A stretch of DNA of 64,000 bases from an uncultured Gammaproteobacteria bacterium (GCA_964603935.1 CAZRWL010000002.1:9210-73209); one strand, 5' to 3'. Positions 1 to 11,184 are shown, counted from the stretch's first letter. Numbers and translations: made by a program. The notes: generated by a model not told the origin, from the sequence alone.

Positions 1-1
1 A

Positions 2-439
2 AACCAAACAATAAGTCTTTATGTAAATGACAATCTTATTGATAAAATGAAAACCAAAAATGATGGGACATTCTCTTTTAACGAAAGTATCAAAGAAGGA
101 GAAAATACAATAAAAACAAAAGCAATTGAAAACAACAGGGAAAGTGAATTTTCCAATCCTGTTGTAATCGCTTTTAAAAATGCTCCTCCGTCCCTCAATA
201 TTAGCTCACCAACAGATGGTCAGTCCTTTTCTAAAGATCAAAATGTTGCAGAGATTAAGGGTGCAACAGACCAGGATGTCAAAGTTACAATTAATGGGTT
301 TTGGGCAATAGCAGATAGCATTGGGAATTTCTCATACAAATTTCCTCTTCAAGCCGGAGAAAACAAAATAAAAATTGAAGCCGTAGACCTGGCGGGTAAC
401 AAAACGGAGAAGGAAATTAAAGCTACCTACTCTCCCTAA
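2..439 (+). CDS. C-terminal fragment of a large exported surface protein (Ig-like/beta-sandwich repeat region). 5' partial: the frame is open to the window edge.
   Basis: No stop in frame from base 2. The translation ...LYVNDNLIDKMKTKNDGTFSF... continues into the listed ORF. The composition is typical of bacterial Ig-like domain repeats (NG, SP, KVT motifs). Confidence 0.55.
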   Translation, partial: NQTISLYVNDNLIDKMKTKNDGTFSFNESIKEGENTIKTKAIENNRESEFSNPVVIAFKNAPPSLNISSPTDGQSFSKDQNVAEIKGATDQDVKVTINGFWAIADSIGNFSYKFPLQAGENKIKIEAVDLAGNKTEKEIKATYSP

Positions 440-1586
440 GCCCTATTACTACCCATAGCCAAAACATAATATAAGCATAAAATAAACTATTTATAAATAA
501 ACTGCTAACAAAAACCCCAGCTATCGAAGACAAAATCAAGGGATTATTTCTCGCACTATGCTTTAGTATCTTAAGCCATAGAAAAAGATATAGAGCAAAA
601 CCGATAATCCCTGTAGTTGCCAGAACAAATAAAAAACTATTGTCAGTTCCTGCATCCGCATGGCTTATTACTTTTGGCTTATCACTTCTTAAATCATCGC
701 TTAACTTTGCGTATCTGTAAGCGTTAAAACCTACACCAAATATTGGATGTTCTCGTATAATTTCCACTGCTTTTACTGCAGTCTTAAGACGCGCTTCCGA
801 TGAAACAATTCTGAATAAATTAATATTTTCAATATTGAAATATCTTGAGGATACAGCAAGAGCCAATAATGTAAGCGTCAATAATATCGCTATCCAGATT
901 TTTCTATTCATAAGGATGAGTAGCAGGCTTGAGCTTACAATAAGCATAATCAGAGCGCTTCTTGAAAATGTTAAAAATACCGCTCCCAAAGTTAGAGCTA
1001 AAAGCAAAGCTATTGAAATGCTTTTCTTTTTCAAGAATATATTTGATAAAAATAAAAAGAATAGAACAAAAAAAGCGCCTGCGAAATTAGGGTCAAGAAA
1101 TACTGAAAACATTCTATGCATATGCTCATCCCAACCTAAGTAGAATAAATTTCTAAGGTTAGAGTAAAAAATGTATTGCGCATACCCCAACCCTACGATT
1201 ATTGATCCGATAATAATTAACACCTTTGATATTTTTTTCTTAAATTCTTTATCGAAATCGCTGATTACAAAAAAAACTCCCGCGTAAGTAAGCCATCTTA
1301 GCAAATACGAGAAAGAAATAAAAAGTTCATTTTGGGACAAACGCAGACTATTCACGACTAACGGAAATGATCCGCTCAAGACAAAGAAAAGTATGGAAAT
1401 TAAAATACTTGCTTGTTTAATTTTTTGTTTTTTTAAAATTTTAATTGCCAACCATAAAAAAACAAGAATTAAAACTGCGGCATCCAAAGGTTTTATGGCA
1501 AATCCCTGGCCAAAATCAAAACGCGCGATCTCGCCCAACGGAAATAAAAATAACGCAAAAATTACCAGCTTTCTCAATATACCCAC
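423..1586 (-). CDS. O-antigen ligase / Wzy_C-domain polytopic membrane protein (WaaL/RfaL-like)
   Basis: 387 aa with about 10-12 predicted TM helices. Central motif LTFSRSALIMLIV followed by a large periplasmic loop, as in the Wzy_C family. Confidence 0.6.
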   Translation of the reverse strand: MGILRKLVIFALFLFPLGEIARFDFGQGFAIKPLDAAVLILVFLWLAIKILKKQKIKQASILISILFFVLSGSFPLVVNSLRLSQNELFISFSYLLRWLTYAGVFFVISDFDKEFKKKISKVLIIIGSIIVGLGYAQYIFYSNLRNLFYLGWDEHMHRMFSVFLDPNFAGAFFVLFFLFLSNIFLKKKSISIALLLALTLGAVFLTFSRSALIMLIVSSSLLLILMNRKIWIAILLTLTLLALAVSSRYFNIENINLFRIVSSEARLKTAVKAVEIIREHPIFGVGFNAYRYAKLSDDLRSDKPKVISHADAGTDNSFLFVLATTGIIGFALYLFLWLKILKHSARNNPLILSSIAGVFVSSLFINSLFYAYIMFWLWVVIGLRESR

Positions 1587-3187
1587 CTTAAACCTCCAAT
1601 AGAATATAAACGAACATTAGTCTTATCATTATAATAAATTAAATCCCAAAACCTAAACCTCTCGGGCAATTCCCCTTCTTGAACAGCTATGTAATTAAAT
1701 GCATTTCCCTTTTTAACATAGGAGGAATCTATAAATGGAAAATCGACATAATAAAGATTATGGAAACCATACAGCAAAACTTTGTCGTCTGTCTTAATAT
1801 TATCTTCGAAGTAATTGTCGGTGTCGTAAAAATCTCCGAATGAAAAATTTAAATGGCTTGAAAGGAATTGCGACTTAGATTCTTTTCCTAGGATAACCGG
1901 AATATATTTTGAATTAGCGACTCCCCTATAAAATATTGAGAACAATGCGAAAGCAATAATTGCCCCAACAAAAAGAAAACGTAATTTCACTTGTCCAATT
2001 TTTTCAATAATCGCAACGCTTACTATGGAAAAAGCAGGCAAGTAAGGCAGAATGAATCTTCCTCCCCCTGTATGCGGAGTTATCTGCCATACCACAATCG
2101 CAATAAAAGAATATAGCGATATTACCTTTAAAGGTAGTTTCAATTTTCCATAAAGGAATACCGCTAATGGTAGAGATATGACGTATAGAGGAGAGATGGG
2201 ATCTGGAAGATTTAAAGGGTTAATTAAGCCAAAATTAAACTTTGCAGGATAAATATTTGTGAAAAAGGGATGTATAGGATTTCCAGTATTAATAAAAGCA
2301 AAAACAAGCCACGAAAAAACAATAAATAACGCAATAATCCAATAACTCAATAATCTATTAAATACTGTTTTTATTTCCTCCTTTTTACTAAAAGCAATAT
2401 AAACAATTAATATCGAAAAAATCAAAAACGATCCTAATGCCAAGAGTTTAGTAGATATTGCAAAACCAAGCATTACTGCCGACAAAATAAACCATTTCTT
2501 TTTCTTTTTTTCAAACCATTCTATAAATCCCCATAATGCCATTATTTCAAAAAATGTTCTAGCTAAATCTATGTAAGCAGTTATTGACATCCAACCGACA
2601 ACCAAATTTGAATAGAAAAGAACAACCGCTAATAAAGAGAATACTCTCGATAAAAACTTGCGCGAAAGTTTATAAAGAGCAATCAGAGACAGAATTCCGA
2701 AAGAAAAATGAATAAATTTTGGAATAGTTTCGCTTCCAAATGCTAGCCCTGCCGCATATAGCATTTCCGTAAGTTTTGGCATTGCCGAATAATACAGAAG
2801 CCCTCCGGGAATATAAGATATAGAATGGTTTTGAAGGTAAATTTTGGGCAACGCTAAGTGATACCATAATGCGTCAAACGCCAATTCCGGACCCAATACT
2901 CCAACAAGGTTAACCAAAACCTGCAACATCAACATTAGACTTAACATGATTAAAGTAATATTCTGCCTTATGCTTTCAAACGTAAAATGCCTAAACTCGA
3001 AGCGCTTCTTAAATTCACTAAAGCATTGAAAAAGCTTATCCGTAAATGTTTTTTTATAAAAATAGAAGATAGTGAAAATATAAAAAATTGTAGTCCCAAC
3101 GATATAATTCCTATAGAAAAGTCCGGCAAGACCCAAAGCAAAAAGAAAATATGAGTAAATTCCTATCAGAAGCGCCAAAGTAAACAT
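1574..3187 (-). CDS. Polytopic membrane protein, putative GT-C type glycosyltransferase
   Basis: 537 aa, more than 12 hydrophobic helices, ELAFDALWYH loop near the N-terminus. No soluble catalytic domain recognised. Confidence 0.6.
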   Translation of the reverse strand: MFTLALLIGIYSYFLFALGLAGLFYRNYIVGTTIFYIFTIFYFYKKTFTDKLFQCFSEFKKRFEFRHFTFESIRQNITLIMLSLMLMLQVLVNLVGVLGPELAFDALWYHLALPKIYLQNHSISYIPGGLLYYSAMPKLTEMLYAAGLAFGSETIPKFIHFSFGILSLIALYKLSRKFLSRVFSLLAVVLFYSNLVVGWMSITAYIDLARTFFEIMALWGFIEWFEKKKKKWFILSAVMLGFAISTKLLALGSFLIFSILIVYIAFSKKEEIKTVFNRLLSYWIIALFIVFSWLVFAFINTGNPIHPFFTNIYPAKFNFGLINPLNLPDPISPLYVISLPLAVFLYGKLKLPLKVISLYSFIAIVVWQITPHTGGGRFILPYLPAFSIVSVAIIEKIGQVKLRFLFVGAIIAFALFSIFYRGVANSKYIPVILGKESKSQFLSSHLNFSFGDFYDTDNYFEDNIKTDDKVLLYGFHNLYYVDFPFIDSSYVKKGNAFNYIAVQEGELPERFRFWDLIYYNDKTNVRLYSIGGLRWVY

Positions 3188-3259
3188 CTTTAGTTTTTAA
3201 GCTCAATAAATTATACTTAGACTTATTATATTCTAAACCGATTTTATTTAAAAGATTAG

Positions 3260-5623
3260 ATGAAAACCATCAAATTCAAGCCTATAATTTTCCTGTTATT
3301 TCTCTGCATAGTTTTCTTTTACAAAATATTTGCAAATTCAGATCACACCCTTTACCCCGCACTGGACAATATTTACTCATCTTCTCAAGAAAAATCTCTA
3401 TTTTCATATAGTGTCTATACCCACAGAGATCTTCCCCTTTGGAATCCTTATGTTTTCAGCGGTTCTCCATTTGTAGGAAATCCTACTTCCGCAATGTTTT
3501 ATCCTCTAAATATTTTATTTCTTCTGTTTCAAGCAAATCTTTCTTTTAGCTATATGTTCGCTCTTGATGTTTTCCTGATTGGATTATTTACTTATGTATA
3601 TTGCAGGGCTATAAAAATGGATAAATTTGGTTCTTTGATTTCTGCAATTACCATCATGTTTAGCGGTCCGTTAATCACAATGGTCTTCCCGGGACATCTT
3701 CAAAATTTTAACACGTTTATCTGGTTTCCTTTAGCGCTTTTATTTGCGGAGTTAATGATAATAAAGAAAAGCTTAACGTTTTCCATGTTGCTGGGTATTA
3801 CTATCGCCTTTATGCTTATTGCAGGGATTATACAAATTGCAATCTATGAAATTATATCTTTAATTATATATTTTACGCTTAGGTCTGCGTTTGAAATTAA
3901 AAGCTTACCCACAGCTATAAAACTAGCTTTTCTTCTTGGGATTTCTTTTCTTACAGGAGTTTCTATCGCAGCTATTCAATTGATGCCAGGCATAGAATTT
4001 TCCAGTCTTTCAGAAAGAGGCGATGGGCTAAGCTATATTTTTGCATCTGATTTCTCAGTCAATCCCCGTCAAGTCATTTCTTCTATTTTTCCTTATTTCT
4101 TTGGCTCACCCATCAACTCGACCTACTGGGGAAAAGGAAATTTTTGGGAATCGACCCTGTACGTTGGGATTCTGCCTCTATTTTTCGCAATTTCCTCAAT
4201 AATACTCAGAAGAAATCGTTATGTTTTAATTTTCTCAATCATCGGGATCGTTGCGTTAATTTATTCTTTTGGTAAATACGGCCCGATTTTTCCTTTCCTA
4301 TACGGTCATATTCCCGGCTTTGATCACTTCAGAGTAGCAGGCCGTTTTCGTTACGTATATGTATTTTCACTTTCTATTCTTGCGGGATTTGGAATTAATT
4401 TCCTACTGTACAATTTTAAAAATAAATTAAAACATTTATTTCTCAAATTTTCAGTTACCATCCCTGCAATAATACTTACATTTATTATTTTTCTTTTATT
4501 TCTTGCTCCTAGCAAATTTAACGTATCTGTCTACGAAAAATATGTGCTTCGAAATAGTTTTGCTATGGGAATAAATCACACGACTCTATACAATCAAACA
4601 AAAGCAGATATTATAGTTTTTCTGACAATTATATTGGCTTTATATTTAGCAATAGTTTTAAAAACCAAAAAAATAATCGGATTAAATCAGTTAAAAGTTT
4701 TTATTGTTTTTGTCTGTATCTTGGATTTATGGTTATTCGGCTCAAGATTTATCGCTACAAAAAATATAAAAGAAATTTACAAACCAACACCTATAATAAA
4801 CCGGCTGATAAGCAACGGGCCTATCTATAGAGTTTTTGACATGGGAGGAGATTATATACCGCTTCTTGGTGAATATAAAATAGAAAGCATAACAGGCGTT
4901 CATCCTCTGTATTTAAAGGATTACCGAGATTTTATTTGGTCTATTGGAAAACATGCAAATACACCTTATGAATCATCTTTTCAAATAAATGAAATTTTCC
5001 ACCCAATATTTCTAAACTTATTAAATGTGAAATACGTAATTTCAAATAATAAAATATCCCTGCATGGATTCTCAGAAGTACTGAATTCAAATTCTACTGT
5101 CACATACGGTATTCAACCTAACCTTACACGCTATTTGTATGAGAACAGCAATTCGCTGCCTAGAGCATATATTGTTCCTAATGCTGTAGTTGTGCCGGAC
5201 AAGAAAAAAATATTAAATTTGCTTTCAAACAACGGCTTTAATTCAAAAAAATATATTCTTTTAGAAAAAAAATCGTTAAATATTCAGCTTGAGAACAACT
5301 CCTCTTTTGAAGAAATCAATGTAGATAGAAGTTCTTTTAATAAAATTCATTTATCGGTAAAAATGAAGGGGAGCGGTTTTTTGGTCTTAAGCGAAATTGC
5401 ATATCCGGGCTGGAAAGCTTTCATCAACAAAAAGGAAGTAGAAATATTAAAAGCTAACAATATTTTAAGATCGATATATTTAACATCCGGTCTTCACAAC
5501 GTAGACTTTATTTACGACCCCGATTCCTACACGGTTGGAAAATATATTTCGCTTACCGCGCTTTCTGCAATTAGCATGTTTTTCATAATTAAAGGTTTAA
5601 TTGCTTTTGTAAATCGTAACTAG
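3260..5623 (+). CDS. Large YfhO-like polytopic membrane protein with C-terminal extracytoplasmic domain (putative glycosyl/lipid transferase)
   Basis: 787 aa. The N-terminal ~450 aa are densely hydrophobic, with NPYVFSGSPFVGNPTSAMFYP as in the YfhO family. A C-terminal ~300 aa soluble domain follows. Confidence 0.6.
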   Translation: MKTIKFKPIIFLLFLCIVFFYKIFANSDHTLYPALDNIYSSSQEKSLFSYSVYTHRDLPLWNPYVFSGSPFVGNPTSAMFYPLNILFLLFQANLSFSYMFALDVFLIGLFTYVYCRAIKMDKFGSLISAITIMFSGPLITMVFPGHLQNFNTFIWFPLALLFAELMIIKKSLTFSMLLGITIAFMLIAGIIQIAIYEIISLIIYFTLRSAFEIKSLPTAIKLAFLLGISFLTGVSIAAIQLMPGIEFSSLSERGDGLSYIFASDFSVNPRQVISSIFPYFFGSPINSTYWGKGNFWESTLYVGILPLFFAISSIILRRNRYVLIFSIIGIVALIYSFGKYGPIFPFLYGHIPGFDHFRVAGRFRYVYVFSLSILAGFGINFLLYNFKNKLKHLFLKFSVTIPAIILTFIIFLLFLAPSKFNVSVYEKYVLRNSFAMGINHTTLYNQTKADIIVFLTIILALYLAIVLKTKKIIGLNQLKVFIVFVCILDLWLFGSRFIATKNIKEIYKPTPIINRLISNGPIYRVFDMGGDYIPLLGEYKIESITGVHPLYLKDYRDFIWSIGKHANTPYESSFQINEIFHPIFLNLLNVKYVISNNKISLHGFSEVLNSNSTVTYGIQPNLTRYLYENSNSLPRAYIVPNAVVVPDKKKILNLLSNNGFNSKKYILLEKKSLNIQLENNSSFEEINVDRSSFNKIHLSVKMKGSGFLVLSEIAYPGWKAFINKKEVEILKANNILRSIYLTSGLHNVDFIYDPDSYTVGKYISLTALSAISMFFIIKGLIAFVNRN

Positions 5624-7120
5624 ATAAGCCCCATCAGCTATTACATTATATATAGGCTTATATTTCAGCTTAATTTCCGTATCGTTGAATTTATCCCTTA
5701 TTACATGGTAATGATTCACCATAACATAATCATAGCTCTCCCCGCTTTTATATTCGGAAACATTAAGATTGGGGAGTGGAGGAATAACGCTCGTTTGGGA
5801 TACGGCAATGCCAAGTTTAGATCCCTTTGGCGCATTTTCAGTTAAAAACAATCCTGCCTCTCTAAGCCCCTGTCCCCACCATCCCAATTGAAACATTCTC
5901 TTTTCATAAACACCTTTTGTTCCCCCAACTACACCGTTGAAGTAATCTAAATAATATGGACTTATTTTAAATAATATTATTATCATGTAAATTAAAATTG
6001 GAATAAAACATAGCAGTTTTACAAATTGTTTTTTTGTAAATTTGCCAACTATGTAATCAAACCCTATTGCTGCAATTAAAGATAGCGGCGCATAAATTTG
6101 TATGATGTACCTTACCCCATGTTGACGCAAATTGTAAAAAGATAAGACAAATGAAATAAGAAACCAGGCAATTAAGGAATACATTATCCATGTTCTTTTG
6201 TCTGATATCCGCTTAAACCCTGCTAACAATAAAAGCAAAATCACAAGCGGAGTTGTTATTAACAGCTGGATAAAATAATAAATTTTAGGAACAAACATTA
6301 GCCTCCCGAAAAAAACCTCGGGAATAGAATGCGCAGTAGTAGTTACTCTTAATTCATAAATGCTTTTTGCAACATCAGGCAAATGAAACCAAGGCATTGG
6401 CCACAGCAAAAAAAATATAAAGAATGCTATTGAAAAAATAAATGCTCCTTTTTTATTCGAAAATTTACCTTTTTTTTTATTATTATAAATAAACCAAATA
6501 AGGTAAATCCATATAAATAATGGTATTAACAGAAAGTTCGTGAACTTTGTTTGCAGCGCCAATCCCAGCATTATGCCGGCGACGATAAGATTTTTTTTTG
6601 AAGATTTATCCAAAAAATTGAGCAAGGCATAAACAGAAGCAGTAAAAAATAACATAATAAAACTCTCAAGAGTTGCCAATTGGGACAAACCTAAAAAGAA
6701 AGGGAGGGTTGAAAGTATGATTGCTGCAATGATTCCCACAACAAGGGAAACATATTTCCATCCCATCAAGAGAACTAAAATAACGGACAATGAAGAAGCA
6801 GCAGATGATGCTAATCTTGCGAATGTATAGTCATATTTAAAAACGGGCTGCCCGCCTGGAAAAAAATGGTCTATATCGAAACTGCCAAAAATACCATAGA
6901 CATATCTTGCTAATGGAGGATTATCTGGCCATTCGTACCAGTAACTGTTTGTAAAATCACCCCTTCGGACAAGCTCTACAAGCCTGTATCCCCTTTCTAC
7001 ATAAGCGACTTCATCCCATGTTCGCCCCATCTCATTAAGATTCCAAAGCCGCAGTGAAAAAGAGAAAATAAAAACCAGAAAGATAATGAAAAGCTTACCT
7101 ATTTTTGTGTTTTTAACCAT
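5597..7120 (-). CDS. GT-C glycosyltransferase of the PMT/ArnT (GT39/GT83) family
   Basis: N-terminal loop RTWDEVAYVERGY...PDNPPLARYVYG matches the DE...PPL signature of dolichyl/undecaprenyl-phosphate sugar-dependent protein mannosyltransferases and ArnT. More than 10 TM helices. Confidence 0.75.
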   Translation of the reverse strand: MVKNTKIGKLFIIFLVFIFSFSLRLWNLNEMGRTWDEVAYVERGYRLVELVRRGDFTNSYWYEWPDNPPLARYVYGIFGSFDIDHFFPGGQPVFKYDYTFARLASSAASSLSVILVLLMGWKYVSLVVGIIAAIILSTLPFFLGLSQLATLESFIMLFFTASVYALLNFLDKSSKKNLIVAGIMLGLALQTKFTNFLLIPLFIWIYLIWFIYNNKKKGKFSNKKGAFIFSIAFFIFFLLWPMPWFHLPDVAKSIYELRVTTTAHSIPEVFFGRLMFVPKIYYFIQLLITTPLVILLLLLAGFKRISDKRTWIMYSLIAWFLISFVLSFYNLRQHGVRYIIQIYAPLSLIAAIGFDYIVGKFTKKQFVKLLCFIPILIYMIIILFKISPYYLDYFNGVVGGTKGVYEKRMFQLGWWGQGLREAGLFLTENAPKGSKLGIAVSQTSVIPPLPNLNVSEYKSGESYDYVMVNHYHVIRDKFNDTEIKLKYKPIYNVIADGAYLVTIYKSN

Positions 7121-7851
7121 AATTTACTTCTAGCTAAAAACGAGTGAAATGACATAATTATTGCAAAAATCAAACCGCGGGTTCCATCCATAAAACCTTT
7201 TTTTAAAAAATAGTTAAGTAAAAACTTACTCAAAGGATATATTAATACTGACCAGAAAAAAACTTTAGTCTTTTTAATTTTTAACTCTCCCGCCCGAATA
7301 TCCGTATAAAAATTTATTTCCTTTAAAAATTCTGTCAAGGTAGGGTGAGGGAAATGTTGCAGAGGATTAAGTAATTTTCCTAAAGGACCTTTAATTTCCC
7401 ATTTTTCATGAGCCATGCCTTTCCAAAACCCCTTACCTTTCCTGCCAAGCCTTAATAATTTTACGTTTCCCGTTTCTCCATATTTAAGTTCCCTGCCCCA
7501 CATAAAATCTATTCTTCTTATATGGAATCCGTTAAGCTCTTCAAGGCTTTCACCCTTTAGCTGAATCGCGCTTGATATTTCATAGGCTAACGCATCGGAT
7601 ACTACTTCATCTGCATCCACAAAGATCACCCAGTCATTATTTGCCTTAGAGATTCCAAAATTCCTTTGGGCAGAAAAATCATTATTAAGGGAACGTGGGT
7701 ATATTGCTACCTTATGTTTTCTTGCTATCTCCAAAGTCCTATCGGTTGAATAATCATCAATTACAACAATCTCATCGCACCATTTGACCGATTTCAGACA
7801 TCTTCCTATATTTTCTTCTTCGTTTTTTGTAAGAATAATAGCACTAATCAT
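7099..7851 (-). CDS. Family 2 glycosyltransferase (GT-A fold)
   Basis: SAIILTKNEEENIGRCL...VIDDYSTDRT...FVDADE: classical GT2 motifs including DxD. Confidence 0.85.
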   Translation of the reverse strand: MISAIILTKNEEENIGRCLKSVKWCDEIVVIDDYSTDRTLEIARKHKVAIYPRSLNNDFSAQRNFGISKANNDWVIFVDADEVVSDALAYEISSAIQLKGESLEELNGFHIRRIDFMWGRELKYGETGNVKLLRLGRKGKGFWKGMAHEKWEIKGPLGKLLNPLQHFPHPTLTEFLKEINFYTDIRAGELKIKKTKVFFWSVLIYPLSKFLLNYFLKKGFMDGTRGLIFAIIMSFHSFLARSKLWLKTQK

Positions 7852-10061
7852 TTACTGTTAACTAGTTTTTCTATTTTTATTCCATTCCTGGATTCGGATA
7901 CATACATCTTTATATTTTTATTTTTTTTAGACGGGGCACGTCCTAACCACCAGGCAAGATACTCGTAATTCATAGTAAAGCTTTCAAATTGACTTCCGGG
8001 ACCTTTTCCTTTTATTTCGTATCTTTCCCCATCGGTCTTTTTCAATATTGCCTTTACGGCATTTAACCTTTCAGAATAATACAAACCATAAGCGGATTTA
8101 CTTCTTGTCAAATCCAACACAAACAAAGAATTAAATATTGCCATAAAAAAGATTAAAATTATCGTTGGAAACAACAATAATCCTATATTCATGATTCTAT
8201 CAAAAAACCAAGCAGTTAAAAAAATAACACTCGGAAAAAGCAGGGGAATGTGCGCTCCCGATGAAGTTGCATTAATAAAAATGCCAATCACGGAAACCAG
8301 AAAAAATATTATTAAAATGTCGAAAGATAACGTTGAAAATTTACCGAACATTCTTCTGTAGAAAGCGTACGTTAGACTTGAAAAAAAAATCATTAAAGAT
8401 ATAACATAATTTGGAATAAAAATAATATTTTGATAGCTGGTTGTTAAAAAACTAAACATAGATATTAAGATATTTTGCCCGCTACTCAATAAGTTTTTTA
8501 AATTCAAAAGCTGACTAAGCGCTTTATACGGAATCCAGGCAAAAAATCCTAATGTTTGAGCAAAATTGTGAGAAAAATCATAAATTATAATCGGCAACAT
8601 CGGCAAAACAAACAAGACTATAGAAAAAAGGATAATTTTTTTACTAAAAACGCTTAGCGCCCACCTTTTCCTTTTTAAAAGACCAAAAATAAGTATAGTT
8701 ATCGTTGGAAACCAAAGTATTTGAGTCGAGAGTTCGAAATTATAAAGCAACGCAAGGAAAAATATTATTAAAGGAAAGAACTTAACATCGCCCTTAATCC
8801 ACTCGTAAAAAGAGTAAGCAAACAATAAGCTTAATAAAGGAATGAAGCTGGTATGATACGGCATTTGAGAGTTAAGAATAATTAATGGAGATGTTGAGTA
8901 TAATAAAGCAGAAATTAGGCCAATTCTCCTAGAGAACATTTCTTTTCCTAATTTATATATAAAAAAAACAGTAGCTGTTCCCAAAAATGCAGTAAAGTAT
9001 CCGGGAGCAACAGGGTTAAAGTTAAAAATTTTAAAAATTAATGCCAGAACATAAGTCCACAATGGGCCTTGATGAAGCCATGTATGGCTAGCAGTAATAC
9101 CCACTAAAGGAAAACTATTATAAACTAATAAATCTCTCGCTGAAAGATAAAACCACCCCTGATCTCCTATAAATACCATTCTCTCGCTGATTTTATAGAA
9201 ATTAAGATAGGTGGAAATTAAAAAAATAGCAAACAATAAAATATTTGCCGGTTTAAAAAACCTTATGAGAAACTCTCCAAAAAGCGCCGGAAATAAACCA
9301 TGGTATTTTTTAAAAAATTTGAACCTGCTTTGTTCAAATATTTTTTCTATCGATTCTTTATTTCGATTACTTCTTCCAATCAGGTGCACCACTTTTGCCT
9401 TTGAAAAGTATAATATTTTAAAACCAAGCTTTTTTACCCTGAAGCAAAAATCGGCTTCCTCAAAATACATAAAAAACCTCTCATCAAAACCTCCTGCCCT
9501 ATCAAAAATTGACCTCTTAACCATCATGCAAGCGCCCCCAACAACATCAACATATTGCTCCCTATTTCTATCCAAATTGATATTGTGATATTTTGTCAGG
9601 ACAGAATTATTTGGCCATAATCTAGAAAGAAATGAAAAAATGAAAATTGCTTTTGGTAAATAAGGCATTCCGCTAATACTTTGAAGAGTTTTTCCGTCTT
9701 TACTTACTAATTGAGGAGCTATAACTCCAATTTTGTCATCTTTTTTAAATCTATCAAGAAGAATTTTTATTGAATCTGAAGAAAACTCAACATCGGGATT
9801 TGATATGATAACATATTTGCCTCTTGCGATTTTTACACCCTGGTTTAACCCTTTGCCGTAGCCGTAATTCTCACTATTTTTAATTATTTTTACATAAGGC
9901 GATATAAGCGCACTTTCTGGAACTTTTTTTAACGAAGCGTTGTCTACGATAATTACTTCATAGGAAATATTTTTTAAGGATTGAGGCAGAGAATTCAAAG
10001 AATTTATAATTTCGTCCGGAGTATTGTAGTAAACATAAATAATTGACAATATCTTATCCAT
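7848..10061 (-). CDS. GT2 glycosyltransferase fused to a C-terminal polytopic membrane domain
   Basis: N-terminus SIIYVYYNTPDEI...IIVDNAS...GYGKGLNQG...ISNPDVEF (GT2). Residues ~280-737 are multi-TM. Confidence 0.8.
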   Translation of the reverse strand: MDKILSIIYVYYNTPDEIINSLNSLPQSLKNISYEVIIVDNASLKKVPESALISPYVKIIKNSENYGYGKGLNQGVKIARGKYVIISNPDVEFSSDSIKILLDRFKKDDKIGVIAPQLVSKDGKTLQSISGMPYLPKAIFIFSFLSRLWPNNSVLTKYHNINLDRNREQYVDVVGGACMMVKRSIFDRAGGFDERFFMYFEEADFCFRVKKLGFKILYFSKAKVVHLIGRSNRNKESIEKIFEQSRFKFFKKYHGLFPALFGEFLIRFFKPANILLFAIFLISTYLNFYKISERMVFIGDQGWFYLSARDLLVYNSFPLVGITASHTWLHQGPLWTYVLALIFKIFNFNPVAPGYFTAFLGTATVFFIYKLGKEMFSRRIGLISALLYSTSPLIILNSQMPYHTSFIPLLSLLFAYSFYEWIKGDVKFFPLIIFFLALLYNFELSTQILWFPTITILIFGLLKRKRWALSVFSKKIILFSIVLFVLPMLPIIIYDFSHNFAQTLGFFAWIPYKALSQLLNLKNLLSSGQNILISMFSFLTTSYQNIIFIPNYVISLMIFFSSLTYAFYRRMFGKFSTLSFDILIIFFLVSVIGIFINATSSGAHIPLLFPSVIFLTAWFFDRIMNIGLLLFPTIILIFFMAIFNSLFVLDLTRSKSAYGLYYSERLNAVKAILKKTDGERYEIKGKGPGSQFESFTMNYEYLAWWLGRAPSKKNKNIKMYVSESRNGIKIEKLVNSK

Positions 10062-10068
10062 AAAAACT

Positions 10069-11181
10069 TTATTTAGAACTGAATTCTCTTAACAATTCCT
10101 CAAGTTTTTTTACTTGAAGTTTCCATGTCCATTTCTCCTCGATCCACTCTCTTCCTTCCTTGCCCATTTTTATAGAAAATAATGGATTCTTGATAAAAAA
10201 CATAATTTTTTCAGCAATTTCTTTAGCATCAAAATCAACCAAATACCCCGTTTTTCCATCAATAACTGTTTCCCTGTATCCTGCAACATTAAAAGCTATC
10301 ACTGGAGTCGCACAGGCCATTGATTCAAGAGGAACGAGACCAAAGGTGTCAAATTTACTTAACGAAAGCGTAACCAATGACTCATTATAAGTTTTTATCA
10401 ACTCTTTGTCCGATATTCTCTGCTCTTTTTTCGTTCCAAAAATAATTTTTAAGTCAGGTCTCACGTTTTTTGGAATTAAATCAATTGCAGCTTTGGCAAA
10501 ATCATACCCATAAATACTTTCCTTTTCGGCAACAAAAAGAACCTGATTTTTTTTATCTAATTTATGTGGCAAAAAAAGGTTATGATCAACACCAAGATAT
10601 GATATCTTCGGGTACAGATTAAATGCGTGAATCATATATTCTCTCCCAAACAAGCTAATCGCCATAGTATAAGTTGCTTTTCTTGCATTGTCTTGATCTA
10701 TTCTTTTTCTGATCATCCTATTTATTGATTCATAAAGCTTATTTAACAACCCCAAAATTTTGGGTACTTTTAATGAATATTCATACGCCATTCTTAACGG
10801 TTCCAAGCAAAAATAAACGCTTTTTGTTTTGAGAAATTTCAATATAAAAGGCGCCTGCGTATAATTATCCGTATGAACAAGAACTATGTCGTACTTACGG
10901 CTGTCAATATCTTTAGCTATTTTTTTATGAATTTCCTTCAGCTTAAAAAGAACTTGAAAATCTTTTAAAATACGGGTGAGCACAGAAATTTTCCTTTGGA
11001 AAGGAAAATAATCATATATATATTCATTAACAGCAATTGTTCCAGGGCTAAAAATGTCGCGCTCTTTATCTAGTGTATATACATCAATTTCATGTCCTAC
11101 GCTTCTTAATCCTTTAACATGTTCAAAAACAACTCGTTTTGCTCCGCCAAAAAATAAATTATAAAAAATAGCTATTTTCAT
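10069..11181 (-). CDS. GT4 family glycosyltransferase (retaining, GT-B fold)
   Basis: C-terminal ESMACATPVIAFNVAGYRETVIDGKTGYLVD (E-x7-E motif). Confidence 0.8.
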   Translation of the reverse strand: MKIAIFYNLFFGGAKRVVFEHVKGLRSVGHEIDVYTLDKERDIFSPGTIAVNEYIYDYFPFQRKISVLTRILKDFQVLFKLKEIHKKIAKDIDSRKYDIVLVHTDNYTQAPFILKFLKTKSVYFCLEPLRMAYEYSLKVPKILGLLNKLYESINRMIRKRIDQDNARKATYTMAISLFGREYMIHAFNLYPKISYLGVDHNLFLPHKLDKKNQVLFVAEKESIYGYDFAKAAIDLIPKNVRPDLKIIFGTKKEQRISDKELIKTYNESLVTLSLSKFDTFGLVPLESMACATPVIAFNVAGYRETVIDGKTGYLVDFDAKEIAEKIMFFIKNPLFSIKMGKEGREWIEEKWTWKLQVKKLEELLREFSSK

Positions 11182-11184
11182 TCC

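Noticed and set aside
835-1602. Plus-strand ORFs 835-1143 and 1393-1602 inside the O-antigen-ligase-like gene
   Set aside because: They lie antisense to a well-supported polytopic membrane protein gene. They have low complexity and no recognisable family, so they are typical spurious antisense ORFs of AT-rich DNA.
9211-9588. 125-aa plus-strand ORF inside the GT2-membrane fusion gene
   Set aside because: It is antisense to a gene with clear GT2 motifs, with no start or SD context.
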